From assembly GCA_965112155.1 (NCBI GenBank), contig OZ218107.1: a stretch of 64,000 bases of DNA; one strand, written 5' to 3'. A model generated the notes under the pieces. It searched no databases. It saw only the letters and a list, made by a program, of their open reading frames with translations, and was not told the origin of the DNA. The position numbers and the translations under genes were made by a program. Within the stretch, counting starts at the first letter, position 1. Each line of letters starts with the position of its first letter. Of this stretch, positions 50,920 through 63,754 are shown piece after piece. The DNA is from Podarcis liolepis (Eukaryota).

Positions 50920-51606
50920 ATTTGTGTGGAAGAGAGCACTCCATTTAAAAAATATCTCTTTGAAGCTCACTTTCTGATCTCCTACTAGTTCTACCCATTC
51001 ATTTCAGAAGATCGACTTCCCCTCCACCTCACAGATGTCTGGCTACTGCCACCAGCCTCCTTTCAGAGACTGAGGGAGAACAGAACAGTGAAATCAAAGT
51101 TCCTGTCCAGGAGCTTACTCAGGAAGATGCCTACCTTTTGTAACTAGAAAGAAGCAGGTGTGGGATCTGGAATGGACTTCCTTGGGGACCAGGGAGGAGA
51201 CGGGATCATGAGTAAAAATATTTTCCTGGACTAACAATGATGTGCAGTTTTGACTGTACAGTATGATGGCAAAGGAGGGGGCAATAACTGCTAAAAATAA
51301 AAGTGTTGGGGTTAAGGACTGCATGAAAGCCATGCCATTTGCCCTGGATCCATAGGGACAAACAATGTAATACATTGAATGTGTGATCCTATTTAAGGCC
51401 TGTTGGTAGTGTATTTTTTTAATAGCAGCTATGGGTGGGATCCAGTCAGAATCAGGTCTACAGCATGCATGAAGAGAAGTCAATAGCTTTTCTCTCTCAT
51501 CAAACAGCATTGATACTACAGCACATAGAGAGTTAAACCCTCCATAAACAGACCCCTTGCACCTTTAAAAAGAGAATATTGTTGGCTTCAGGTACTGTCT
51601 CTCTCT

Positions 51607-51685
51607 AGGCCTCCGGTTGGCCACTGTGAGAACAGGATGCTGGACTAGGTGGGGGTTTGGCCTGATCCTGCGGGGTTCTTCTTAA
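51607..51685 (+). mobile_element. CR1 3' terminal fragment (another CR1 piece at ~62612-62730)
   Basis: ggttggccactgtgagaacaggatgctggactag...tggcctgatcc. Confidence 0.7.
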
Positions 51686-53865
51686 TAATGACCTTACATT
51701 TAAAGCAATGTGTAATTTGTTCCTAAGTATTTGAGAAGACTGTATAAAAGCTATAGCTGTTCAGTGATGGAGGAAGCCTGCTCTTCACATTTTCAAAGGC
51801 ACTTTAGATATTAAGACACAGACCAGATATTTAAAACATATTCCAAGTCTGAGTTCAAGTAGGCACAAATTGTGAGCAAGGAACACTTTTTTTGGTTCTA
51901 CACACAAGAAATTTATGTGATAATCTGAGGGGCTTGAATTTTGAGGTTTTTTGAGTGACTCAGACATAGCATCAATTCAGAACTTGTGCAAGATGAATAG
52001 CTGTGACAACACAGAATGTATGTGCTGAGCCTTAAATCTAAAGAACCAAAGTACTTTGTTTCATTATGAAAAAACTGGTTAGTCCTGTATGAGCTATATA
52101 AATCAAATTCTGAGCAAACTATGACAGTCATGGGAATTCTGATTAGGACGTGTACATTTATGTTTACGTGTGTGTGTGTTACAAGATCTGCTCATTTATG
52201 TTCACAGAACCATCACTCCTGGGAGTTTCAGTGGAAATAATTTTATGTCACAGAGGTTATTGCAATGGACCTGATTACTCTGCAAAACATTGCTTTGCTT
52301 ATTTGCAGAAAATTAGTAAACACTAACAAAACCAGTTCCATGACTATAAGGTTTATTTACACAAAATGGCAGGTAATGAGTAAAATGGCTTTGTAGCTTG
52401 AATAGCTGGCAAAGAAATATAGAAAGATGGTCAGTTGTTATGAGTCACAGTGTACCCAAACCCAAGTTCCCTGAACCATAAGCTTAAAATGTTCCTATTA
52501 CAGAGATGGAGCTTAAAGAATACCTTACATGGAATATAGATGGGAACCAGGCACACTATAGATGGAGGCCTAAATGCACCAGGGGGGAAAGCTTGAATGT
52601 CAATGACTAGAACTGGACTAGTGTGAGAATTCAGAGAGAACATGACTGAAGAAATAAGGAAGACAGGAGAATAATAAATGAATGAGATGTAAATAGCTGT
52701 TGCAAGCAAAGGAGATATAAATGGTTTTCTAATTTTCACTATTGCCTTTATGTGCACAATCACAACCAAGATTCCTAACAGATGCTTGCATGTCAATGTG
52801 TGATATGGAAGTTCCCAATGGTCAAGCACACTTGGATTAATTATTATGTCTTCTGTGACAGACTTGATAATCTAATCAACCCTTAGGCTTCCCTTTAGGC
52901 AGATATTGCCCTGGCTTATGAGAAACCCTCCCCTAAATAGAAAAATAAAATATGTTTCTTTTTGTAATGATACTTCTTCCTGCAAAGGTCCTAACTAATG
53001 TAAAACAGAAAAACAAGTACAGCTGAAAAATAAGAAGTTGTGGAGAGGAAATAAGGATAGCTATCTAGCTAAAGGTGAGGCGGTTTAGTTCCCACAATCA
53101 TCTATAGGGTTGGGGTGTCTTGAAAAAGAGTGATATGAAGCAGCTTCCTGGAAGTTTCCCAAAAAATGGATCAGGGCAGTGATCTCCTGTGCAGAAAGCT
53201 GAACTAAGTAGGGACTGAGAGATGCCCACATAGGAAAAAATCTCATCGATTGGCATTAGCTTTAACCCAAAGGGTGATCTTTCTAAAGACAGGGCTGGAA
53301 AGAAGGGGGACTAATTGTTAATTAATTTAAGTACTGAGTCTTTACAGTCAATATATGTTTCTTGCTGCATGGTGACAAGGATGTCATAACTCTCAGACAA
53401 GTGACTGAGACATCCCTTGTGGAGAAATATGATTCCCAGGAAATGTAAATGTAGGTTTAATTCAATTAATGGAAGAAGGTTCTTGTTGGAGGCAACCTCA
53501 ACTTTTGACCAGAGTTAAATAACTATAGATATAGTAGACATTGAGAGGGAGAGGCTATTAAGGCTTGCATTTACATGATCCTTTATGCATTTTCTTAAGC
53601 ACAGATAACTTTTCTGTACAGCAGCTACTATGGAGAGGATACAGTACTTGGAGGGAACTACTGGGGCATCCCCCAGTACTTAGTTTGTACCACTGTGACT
53701 TCATCCGATTCCTTGCAGTGACACTGCAGTCATTTCTCAGAGCAAAGCCAAAGTACAGTAAACTCATATTTTCAGAGTATGCACTAGGTTCCAGTTGAAC
53801 AGCTGGAGAGTTAAAGGCCCCCTTCCCCATGTCACAGTCCTAAACATGAAGGCCAAATCACATTA

Positions 53866-54051
53866 CAGTGGATGCTCAGGTTGCAAATGTGATCCGTGCA
53901 GGATGCACGTTCGCAACCCACAGCGTTCGCAACCCGCAGCGGCGCGTCTACGCACACACGGGTTGTGATTTGGCGCTTCTGCGCATAGTGCGATTTAGCA
54001 CTTCTGAAACTCGGAAATAACCCGAAGCATCTGTAACCTGAGGTATGACTG
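53866..54051. mobile_element. Tc1/mariner (Tigger-like) MITE with TA TSD
   Basis: TA|CAGTGGATGCTCAGGTTGC ... GTAACCTGAGGTATGACTG|TA; internal cgttcgcaaccc repeats. Confidence 0.75.
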
Positions 54052-54186
54052 TACAAACTTGTAGGACATAGAGAATTATCATTCTAATGGACGTTTGTAT
54101 CTTTAGTGGATACTTGTATCTTCCTTTAACAGTATGCCCATGTGTGGCATTAACAAAGTTCTATTTTATTGTTTCTTGCTTTACAG

Positions 54187-54400
54187 GCATTGATCCTTGT
54201 TAACAACAAAATCAGCAAAATCAGCCCAGGAGCTTTTGCTCCACTCAAGAAACTGGAGAGACTTTACCTTTCCAAAAACAATTTGAAGGAACTTCCAGAA
54301 AACATGCCTAAAAGCTTGCAGGAGCTACGAGCACATGAAAATGAAATAAACAAACTAAGAAAAGCCGTCTTCAATGGACTAAGTAATATGATTGTCGTAG
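54187..54400 (+). CDS. DCN: Decorin exon 4 (214 nt)
   Basis: Acceptor ttacag|; reads [71 protein letters not shown]; donor G|gtatgc. Confidence 0.97.
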
Positions 54401-55077
54401 GTATGCATCGCTGCTTACAGATAGAGTCCATGATAAGATTTTATCAGATGAAAGATGGTAAAATTTAAAGTCAGTAGAATTTGACAGAATCCAGACTACG
54501 AAATTTCTTAATTTTATTATTGATGTAAACACTTCCAAGGGGGAGGGGATGTAACAGTGGGTGGTTGAATGTGAAAAAGAGAAGTGTAATTGGGCGTATC
54601 AAGTGTTTTGGTTCATACTGAGTTTGCTAAAGTACTTTTCATGCGTTAGACCATGTGTTAGATAATAACCTTCCCCCTTTTTTCACTGGTAACAGTTGGG
54701 CATTATAAAGGAGGGTGTAACTGAGAGAAATCAAAAGGAAGAGTTGAAGTAAACATTTGTCTCATAGTGTTCAGCTAGGCTGTTAAAATCTCCAGCTTCC
54801 AATTTTTTATGGAATGAAATTTTCACAACATGCTGCAACCCAGAAAATATAATCAAGTAAAAGAAATCTCCTGTGAATTTACCAGCTGAATGTTATCACT
54901 TCTTATAAAGAACCTTTACAGAGGTATCACAACACTAAATGTGATTTTTATTTTAAAAGTAAGGCTGGAATTATTTCGCAAAGTACAGTGCAGCCAATTT
55001 AACACAATTAGAGAAGAATTAAGGAGGGAGGGGTATTAATCTGTTGGTTAAGAATTGTCAATGTTGTTTATTTTTAG

Positions 55078-55191
55078 AACTGGGTACCAATCCATTAAAA
55101 AGCTCAGGTGTAGAAAATGGATGCTTTCAAGGGATGAAGAGACTCTCTTACATCCGTATTTCAGATACCAATATAACAACTGTCCCTAAAG
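55078..55191 (+). CDS. DCN: Decorin exon 5 (114 nt)
   Basis: Acceptor ttttag|; reads [38 protein letters not shown]; donor G|gtaagc. Confidence 0.97.
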
Positions 55192-55402
55192 GTAAGCACA
55201 CTACTTGGGAAACTGAGGCTGTGTACAGCATCACTGCCAAAATATTATGAAGAACTTTATTTTATATTTTTATCTTAAATTGTGTAAATTGTAAAAAATA
55301 TTTAAAAATTGTTGAATGCATATAATGCATCACATGCAGAATATTACTTTACTTTTTGAATACAGTAACAAAAGACACTCGAGTTTAAATTGAAAGTATA
55401 TA

Positions 55403-55579
55403 TCGTACTTTTCTGTGTATATGCTCAACAACTCCAATCCTCCCCCCAAAATCTCAACAACTTAGGGCCATCCTCCCCCCCAAAAAGCTCCACATCTCTG
55501 GGTCATTTTCTTAAATTGGAGTCCCCAAAATTAGGGGGCGTCCTATACATGGGGCCGTGTTATACACGGAAAAGTACGC
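55403..55579. mobile_element. Tc1/mariner-pogo type MITE
   Basis: Inverted ends cgtacttttctgtgtata / tatacacggaaaagtacg, flanked by TA. Confidence 0.65.
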
Positions 55580-55823
55580 TATGTGGTATCAAATATGCAT
55601 TTATCATTCACACTTAGGAGGGCGGACTTTCCCACAGAGAAGCAGAGAATAGTAATATAAAGTATGCATATACTTATGCTTTATTTAAACTTGTGAGATT
55701 AATTCCATCATTCTGCATGGTCAGCCTTTATTATATCCTATTTACATTCTGCTTTTAAGATTTAGGAATGATTTTAGGAATATGTGTACAATCACAAGCA
55801 TGGGTGAACCACTGACCAACAGT

Positions 55824-55959
55824 ACTGTTTCCCAAACTTGGGTCACCAGCTGATTTTTGGACTACAACTCCCATCATCGCTAGCTAGCAAGACCAGTGGT
55901 CAGGGATGATGGGAATTGTAGTCCAAAAACAGCTGGAAACCCAAGTATAGGAAACACTG
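55824..55959. mobile_element. hAT-type palindromic MITE
   Basis: tgtttcccaaacttggg...ggactacaactcccatcatc...gatgatgggaattgtagtcc...cccaagtataggaaacactg. Confidence 0.8.
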
Positions 55960-56971
55960 CTCTGCACATTGCATAGGCTGGACATGAAGAGGGACAGAGT
56001 CAATGCTGAACTGATTGGAGTAAATAAGCAATTTATTTTGTGTGAATTCCAGTGTGAGCTGACCTGATCTGCTCCTCATTAACTCCAGATCATAATATAA
56101 TTATCCAGATTTTCTCTTCAACTTTTGCAGTACAGTTCTTGACTCAAAAACTGAACAAGATGCGTTACCATAATTTATAATAATACATATTCATATATTA
56201 ATTGGTAGCTTTTTTAAAAAAAAAATCACATAAACAAAGAAACAGGATGGAACACGTGCAATTGCAAAATATTATAATGATAGTGATCCATCCATATCTT
56301 GTACCACTCTATTTTTCATTTATAAATCTCCAACTAATTAGCAGTCTGTCTATCTATCTATCTGAAAACCACATTGTCACATTCTAGCAAGACCAAAAAA
56401 GAGAGTCTAAAATGTAGCTATACAGAGAAGAAAAAGCTTGATAAACAAGGCAGCTAGGACCTTCTTGGACAGCGAGCAAATTCGGATTCTTCCTTCATAA
56501 TGAACCTAGGGTTGCCATATTTCAAAAAGTAAAAACTAGGACACTCTGAAATCCTGGACGTATGAAAGCCCTAAATGAACCAGAAAGTGCACATTTACTT
56601 CTTCCCATATAAGTGAACGATGCACGCAACTATAGAGCCCAGTCAGTGCTGCATGACTTGATTTTATTACCTTTAGTCTGTCCCCCTAAATGGCAACAGC
56701 AAAATTTGCCCAGTAACCCAACCGCCCAATCACTGTGGATGGTCAGCCATACTATCTCGCCCAACAACAGAGGGGTGGCCTGTCAGACCCCACTGCAACA
56801 CGTCCTCTCTATGAAGGAGAACACGCTTTATAGTAAAGGCCAAACATGCCTCATCACCCCTGAAATGAAGTGACCACTGACTCCCACAGGAGCTTTGTGT
56901 GCAATGTGTTTTTGTATACAGTCTACCTTTCACGGGTCTTTGCAACACATGTTCTCCATCTTTTATTGCAG

Positions 56972-57065
56972 GTCTTCCCACATCTCTGACAGAACTTCAC
57001 CTTGATGGCAACAAAATCAACAAAGTTGATGCAGACAGTCTAAAAGGACTCACCAATTTGGCTAA
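56972..57065 (+). CDS. DCN: Decorin exon 6 (94 nt; absent from ORF track)
   Basis: Acceptor ttgcag|; reads [31 protein letters not shown](K); donor AA|gtaatt. Confidence 0.96.
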
Positions 57066-57671
57066 GTAATTATTATTTTATAAAAATGCCCAGCATTATG
57101 CAAAACTGGTAGCCTAAACCTTCCTCAACAGCCACAGCTCACTGCATCTGTTAACAAGTTTCAGGCTGTTTAGAGTTGGATCATTCCAAGCACTTTGGCA
57201 AGAAAAGAAGCCGTTACTGAAAATGTATTGAATTTTACATTAGCTAGTTTTCTAGCTTTAAATTGTTTCATCTTTCTGTGTTTAATAGTCTTCAAGGTAG
57301 GCTAAAAAATACTAAATGAACAGTTTTCATATACTAATGTAGTTTGCCCTACCTTCGTTGAGTAAATGTCTAATATGAGACGGGAATACATATTTCCTGG
57401 AGTTGTATACACGCTACCACAAAAACAAAGCTGTAAAGAACCAGTTCTTAAAAATTACATCTATATTGATGGGTTCTCCCAATTTCCACAAATAAGTCTA
57501 TTTTTTTATGCTGCACTACAAAAAGCAACCTCCCACCTGCTTTGGCATGCATTCATATTCTTGTTATACAGGTATCTCTAGCTGCAGCAATATGTATAGA
57601 GATATTGCAATCTTATCTGGTACTAAAATCTAACTTTAAAATAATATGGTACTAAGTACCATGTTACTAAA

Positions 57672-58026
57672 GGACGTGGGTGGCGCTGAGGGTTATACCA
57701 CTGAGCCTAGGGCTTGCCACTCAGAAGGTCGGCAGTTTGAATCCCAGTAATGGGGTGAGCTCCCGTTGCTCAGTCCCTGCTCCTGTCAACCTAGCAGTTC
57801 GAAAGCACGTCAAAGTGAAAGTAGATAAATAGGTACTGCTCCAGCGGGAAGGTAAATGGCATTTCCATGCGCTGCTCTGGTTCGCCAGAAGCGGCTTAGT
57901 CATGCTGGCCACATGACCCAGAAGCTGTATGCCAGCTCCCTTGGCCAGTAAAGCGAAATGAGCGCCGCAACCCGAGAGTCGTCCGCAACTGGACCTAACG
58001 GTCAGGGGTCCCTTTACCTTTACCTT
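57672..58026 (+). mobile_element. Sauria SINE, full length, DCN intron 6
   Basis: ggacgtgggtggcgctgagggttatacc...ggggtccctttacctttacc; near-TSD tgttactaa/tgttattaa. Confidence 0.92.
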
Positions 58027-58325
58027 GTTATTAATTTGATATATTGTGCACATAGTGATAATTGTATGATGTGAAATTAGCTTCGTAATAAGCCTATGTA
58101 GGCACAATACATGAATACAACTGGCCATGTGCAATAGAATTAAATGTAACTATAGTACATGTTTTTTAGTATAGCAACTTGTGCACTATTTTCCTGTTTT
58201 TGTGGCATGGCTAGAGAATACAGATAATAGCTTACAAGGTGTTTAATGTGCGATGAATCTACAGAAACAATTATCTATGAGAACAGTTATTTCACTACAG
58301 CTTGCACAATATTTTTCTCTTGCAG

Positions 58326-58464
58326 GCTTGGTCTCAGTTTCAATAACATTGCTAGCCTGGATAATGGCTCTCTAGCTAACGTGCCACATTTGAGAGAATT
58401 ACATTTAGACCACAATGATCTTGCCAAAGTACCTCCTGGGCTTGGAGAACACAAATATGTACAG
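58326..58464 (+). CDS. DCN: Decorin exon 7 (139 nt)
   Basis: Acceptor ttgcag|; reads (K)[46 protein letters not shown]; donor |gtaaag. Confidence 0.97.
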
Positions 58465-59609
58465 GTAAAGTATACCATAAGACTGAGATATACAACATTT
58501 CTAATTATTGTATATCTCACAGGCAACATAGGACTGGCAGTAGTACCTACATCTAATAAAGATGTTGGAAAATCTAATAGAGCAGTAAACTGCATTTCCT
58601 CCATTCACTAACTAATACATAAATGCTTAGCTGTAATGTATCATTCTGATGAACCTTTTTAATTATATGAAGTAATGGTGCATGTAGGGATGTAACAATT
58701 GGTCTGAATGCCATTATCCAACAACCTTTCTGAAAGTTATAGTAACCTTTCTGAAGTTAACACAGGATAGTCTGCGTCTGCTAGCTTCCTGGGTGGGACA
58801 CCACCTAGGAACCTGATGTTTGCTATTTACACTTCCATCATAGGAATAAAAGCATATATAAATTAATAAATAACAGATAACATAAGACTAATTACCAGGT
58901 GGACAAAAAACCATTTTCATTTATGTTTTTCCACCCACTTTGCTTAGCTACTGATCTAGTGATAATATCTGCATTACAAGGTATCTTATTTTCATTTGTT
59001 GTAAAACAATATCAATAGTCTTTTTGTAATCCAGTGGCTCCAGGGGGGAAAAGCAGGGACTGCAGCAGACAAGCAGAGATTGGCCACATTATTCTCAGTG
59101 TCACTCACTGTTCCACATGTGTAACAGAGAGCATTCCTCAACAGTGATAAATTGGGGTTGTTCAAGTCTACAGCCCTACTCTGGTGCTATTGTAATTGTG
59201 CTTAAACCATGGGTGCAGGGGGATGCTGTCCCCACTTCCCAATATCCTCATCTCCAACCGATCCATTGCTGACATTCCCGAACTGAGTGGGAAGGTCTGA
59301 AGAAAGTTTTTAAGCAGGTTTGGTTGAACACACTTAAAAGTTTTCCTGCAATAACAACATCTGCATTATCAGTGTTCCCAGACACAAAGAAGCTTCTAAG
59401 TGCGTGCAATCAAAGGAAAAGTTGGGAGAATGGGGCTGGGACATATGCCCCTCACAACCCAATTGTGTAAGCACAATAACTCCTGCATAGGACTTATATA
59501 TGCTTTGGAAATGTATATAAGAGGATCAAAAGAGCTTCTGCCTTCTGGTCTTCCTGTAGTATCACAAGGATGGCAACAAATATATGAAGATGTCAACACA
59601 ATGCAGGGA

Positions 59610-59797
59610 CATAGCTGTCAACCTTCCCCTTTTTTGCGGGAAATTCCCTTATTCCAACGCCGTTTCCCACTGCTTCCCACTGCTATCCCGGATTGTTAGA
59701 TATCCCGTAGACTGTCCCCGGGACAGGTGAGGCTGCTGATCCCTTATTTTCGAGGCTGCTGATCCCTTATTTTCAAATCTGAAAGTTGACAGCTATG
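59610..59797. mobile_element. MITE with CATAG termini and 8-bp TSD (P-element-like)
   Basis: Perfect 13-bp TIR CATAGCTGTCAAC / GTTGACAGCTATG and perfect TSD TGCAGGGA (59602-59609, 59798-59805). Internal ~23-bp tandem duplication gaggctgctgatcccttattttc. Confidence 0.85.
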
Positions 59798-60024
59798 TGC
59801 AGGGAACTTTAGTGCGTTACCCGGTGGGCAGAGTGAAGTATTAATAATGAGTGGGAGCAAGTTTCTTCTACTCTGGTTACAGTGCTTGCTCAAGGGATGG
59901 TTTTTAAAAAGTGATTTTGGCTTAAGTATGTGGAAATCGATGTAAGAAATGATGATAAATGACCCATGTTAGGTTTCTGCAACACAATAGCCTGTCTCAC
60001 TTCTACAATGTTTCTACTTTCCAG

Positions 60025-60219
60025 GTGGTCTACCTTCACAACAATAAAATTGCTGCCGTTGGTCCCAATGATTTTTGTCCTCCTGGATACAACACCAAAA
60101 AGGCTTCTTATTCAGGAGTGAGTCTGTTTAGCAACCCTGTGCAGTACTGGGAAATCCAGCCATCCTCCTTCCGCTGTATCTATGAACGATCTGTAATACA
60201 ACTTGGAAATTACAAATAG
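60025..60219 (+). CDS. DCN: Decorin exon 8 coding part (C-terminal disulfide/ear repeat, stop)
   Basis: Acceptor ttccag|; reads [67 protein letters not shown] at 60217-60219. Confidence 0.97.
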   Translation: MVYLHNNKIAAVGPNDFCPPGYNTKKASYSGVSLFSNPVQYWEIQPSSFRCIYERSVIQLGNYK

Positions 60220-60275
60220 ATGCACAAATGCATTTCTGCTAGAAATACCTGTTGCCTGTTAAAATGTTTGCTAAC

Positions 60276-60664
60276 ATTAAAGCCAAATACTGGAAACGTA
60301 CCTGCAGAGTGGATATCTTTATGTATGTAAAAAAAGAAGAAGCAAAAACCTAATAGATCATTCCAAGACAAAATTGCTGAATTTACTATGTTTTACTTCC
60401 TTGCCAGCATGTGGTATATTTCTGTGGTCTCTATCAATTAGCTGAGCGCAACAGATTTCAGTATTCCACTGTGCATGAGATTTGGGATAAATATTTGTCA
60501 TGCTTTTCACAATTAGAAATTATATAGATGGTGGTATTTACAACAACACAAAGGGATTTCTTGGAGGAAAAGGAAATGAAACTTCCAATATATATATATA
60601 TATTATTCTTGGTGTGGGGCAGGAATAGTCAACTGAAGACTCAACCAAACTCCATAGGAATAAA
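60276..60664 (+). terminator. Candidate DCN polyadenylation signals (ATTAAA 60276-60281, AATAAA 60659-60664)
   Basis: Hexamer matches downstream of the stop codon; the true 3' end cannot be fixed from sequence. Confidence 0.4.
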
Positions 60665-63101
60665 GCCTGAATGTAGGTACCAGTGTGCTTACATAACATA
60701 AGCAATATTAAAATGTTGCTTTTGTTAGCATTCTTGGTTAAAATACTCTCTTAATATATTCAAATTTTCATTTATAAATATCCTAAATATAATTTTACGC
60801 AAGATTAGGAAACATCTGCTGCACAAAATACATGAGTTATTGTATCCCTGGATGCTGCTATTTCTGGACTACAACAGCTAACTTGTAGAGGAGCAATTTG
60901 TTTCTCCTTGCTCTCATTACCACTTCTCTGTGTCATAATCCACCAAACAATATACCCATATGATTTCCATTCATCTGAGCATCTGCAGTAACCCACTCAA
61001 GGGGATGTACGCAGTGAAACTGCAGGCATGGGTAAATTTAAGCAGGCATAAGCCCACAACATTACATCATTGCTCTTAAATACAACAATGCACTTTCATC
61101 TTTTCACAGCATTTGCGTTTCAACAACCTTTTAAAATAGAATGTAGAGAGATATGCAGACTTCCTTTTCAGCAGTATCTAGAATTACATCTGAGAATATA
61201 TAACTGGCCAGAACTTGATGAGCAGATTTAGAAGTCTTCTCTTTTAAAAGTCATCTGAAACCAAACCTTCTACATTCATCTCTATAACTGGCTTCAGTTA
61301 GTGGCAAGCATACCAAAATAAGGATGTATATTTCTGGGATCACTGTCTTCAAAGTTAACTATATATCTTTCCACATGTCAAAGAAAAGTTTGGATACCTC
61401 TTAATTGTCTAAAATACAATATTTTCAATGTATGTATGTTTTTATATTAAACAGTACTGGCAAACTCCAAAACCTTGTTGTGTGTTATATAGCCTCTCCT
61501 GTACAAAACAATGTCAGAATAGCTTCAGAAAACTAATAGCTATTATAAAAAGCAACAGTTAAAGTTAACATGGGTTATCTTAATTGTTTTTACATATATC
61601 TTTTCAAATACATATGAATATATTTTTTCTGAAGAGAAAATCTTAAGAAAAAATATTCACCTCTAGTTATTAATAAGATACTAAAACACATTTGGAGAAG
61701 AAAAGAGGAATTCACCTTTATGAGAGAAGTAAAAAAATGGCAGGGTTATGTTTCCATAAACTATTTTCTTTTTATCGTATTAACCACAGTTTGGCCATAT
61801 GAGAAGGTTTTGCATTTAAGAGGTAAGAGATTTTCCTTGATTTCCATTATCCCCCTCATAAAAGTAAAATAGTATTTCAGTATGGTATATAATACAATTC
61901 AAAACTTTACAAATAAATAAATAAAGCTGAAAGGATATCCAAAATATATCTCTTCGCTAAGGCTCCTGCTAGAAAATTGAAAAGAGTCTCAGCCCTTCTA
62001 GTGAAACATTCAACATGTTGACAACAACTATGAATTTATTTAATATTTTGCACCAACCACCAGAAAACTCACCCTGTGGCCACCCTCCTATCATCCCTGC
62101 TCTTGGCTTCCCTGATAAAAATGCTTTAGATACCTTAGGGAACTTACTGAGCTAATGGAGCATACAGATTATCTGTATAGAGCTATACAGAGCTTACCAG
62201 ATAAATGTTTTGGGACATCAGCTGAGGGTAAAACAAGATGAGTCAACAGAAAACTCTTCTTTTGGTATAAAGCAACAGAGGTGGTGAGAAGGGGAAAATA
62301 ATCATTTCCCTTGGGATATTTTCTCAATGAAGATTGGTACCTCAGACTTCTATTCGCCTTATTAGAAAACAGGCCAAGAATAGGATAGCAGTATACTGTA
62401 CTTGTTTCACCTTGTTACCAACTACTGGTATTCTTGTGGAACAGATTGCACAACAAGAATCAGCTGCTGCCTCTGCTAGTGCAACTGCTGTGTAGGATTC
62501 TGTTATTGTGTATCTTTAAACTCTGTCAGAGAATGTTGGATATGGCCTTGACGGAAGTGCTTTTTCACAATATATTTAAATTATGGATCTTACTACCACA
62601 GATTTGGTGTGTTTAAAAGGGTATTAGACAAATACATGGAAGAGAAGGTTATCAATGGCTACTAGCCATGCTGGTTTCAAATTCATGGGCTCCGAGCTTC
62701 CGATCACCAGTTGCCGGGAATGAGTGTTGTTCCACTAATATCATGAAGAAGGCTATTCCAGAAAGTAACAAATAAATTCTTAACTCCTCAAAATTTCTTC
62801 AGTTTCTATTATACCAAATGAAATTTTGACTTTTTACACTAGAATAATTAATATCATTATGGAAATTGGCTGTTTTTGTTTGCAGTTGTAATTTAGGTGC
62901 AGTATTCAAATCCACAATACTATGATTATTATTATTTTTTTAAAAAAGCATTAAGGTGTGTGGGGGAGAACAGCAGAATAGTCACCTGGTAGTTCTGTGG
63001 GAACAGCAAAAAGTTGAGATCTTTGAGGGGGTAAAGGGTTTTCTCAGATAATTTTGAAAAAATGGAGGGTTGAGAGATCCCTTCCTACCTGGAGTACAAT
63101 A

Positions 63102-63461
63102 GGTAAAGGTAAAGGACCCCTGGAAGGTTACATCCAGTCAAAGATGACTATGGGGTGCATTCTCATCTTGCTTTTCATGCCAAGGGAGCTGGTGTTTGTC
63201 CACAGACAGCTTTCCAGGTCAAGTGGCCAGCATAACTAAACCACCAATGGCACATGGAGGACCGTGGTGAGTACCAGAGTGCACAGAAACAGGCAGCGGT
63301 ACCTATTTATCTACTTGCACTGTGCTTTCAAACTGATAGATTGGCAGAAGCTGGGACAAAGCAATGGGAGCTCACCCCATTGCGGGGATTCAAATTGCCA
63401 ACCTTCCAATCGGCAAGCCGAAGAGGCTCAGTGGTTTAAACCAAAGTGCCACCCGCGTCCC
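63102..63461 (-). mobile_element. Sauria SINE (older), degenerate TSD
   Basis: ggtaaaggtaaaggacccc...gtggtttaaaccaaagtgccacccgcgtccc; flanks tacctggagta/tacccggagta. Confidence 0.88.
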
Positions 63462-63754
63462 TACCCGGAGTATACTGATATAAAGCAACATGCCAAAATC
63501 TAATGTAATTCATGCAAATTTAGCAACTGCTTTTTAAAAGGAAAGGAAAAGAAAACAATTTTCTTGAAGAAATGCAATCAGATCTTGAGTTAGCAGAAAA
63601 AGTTGATGAAAACAGAAAGAAATATAAACATAGACACAAAGCATGTTTAACTGTTAAAATAGTGTAACAAGGTCTGAACAGTAATGGTGAATGGAAATCT
63701 AGGTAAGGCTTAGAGTTGGGAGTTTTGGGGAAACAGGTGGGATATGGGTAAGCT

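Larger units (their letters stand above)
30650..60219 (+). other. DCN: Decorin gene span (exon 1 to stop codon); 8 exons, 357-aa class I SLRP
   Basis: Coding exons of 205+113+214+114+94+139+195 = 1074 nt splice in frame with GT-AG junctions. The protein has a signal peptide, propeptide, CX3CXCX6C cap, LRRs and the C-terminus QLGNYK. Confidence 0.97.

Noticed and set aside
54169-54468. ORF-track proteins extending beyond DCN exons (54169, 55044, 58246, 59959, and the 3' tail of 36637)
   Set aside because: The extensions are intronic read-through; splice sites give the true boundaries.
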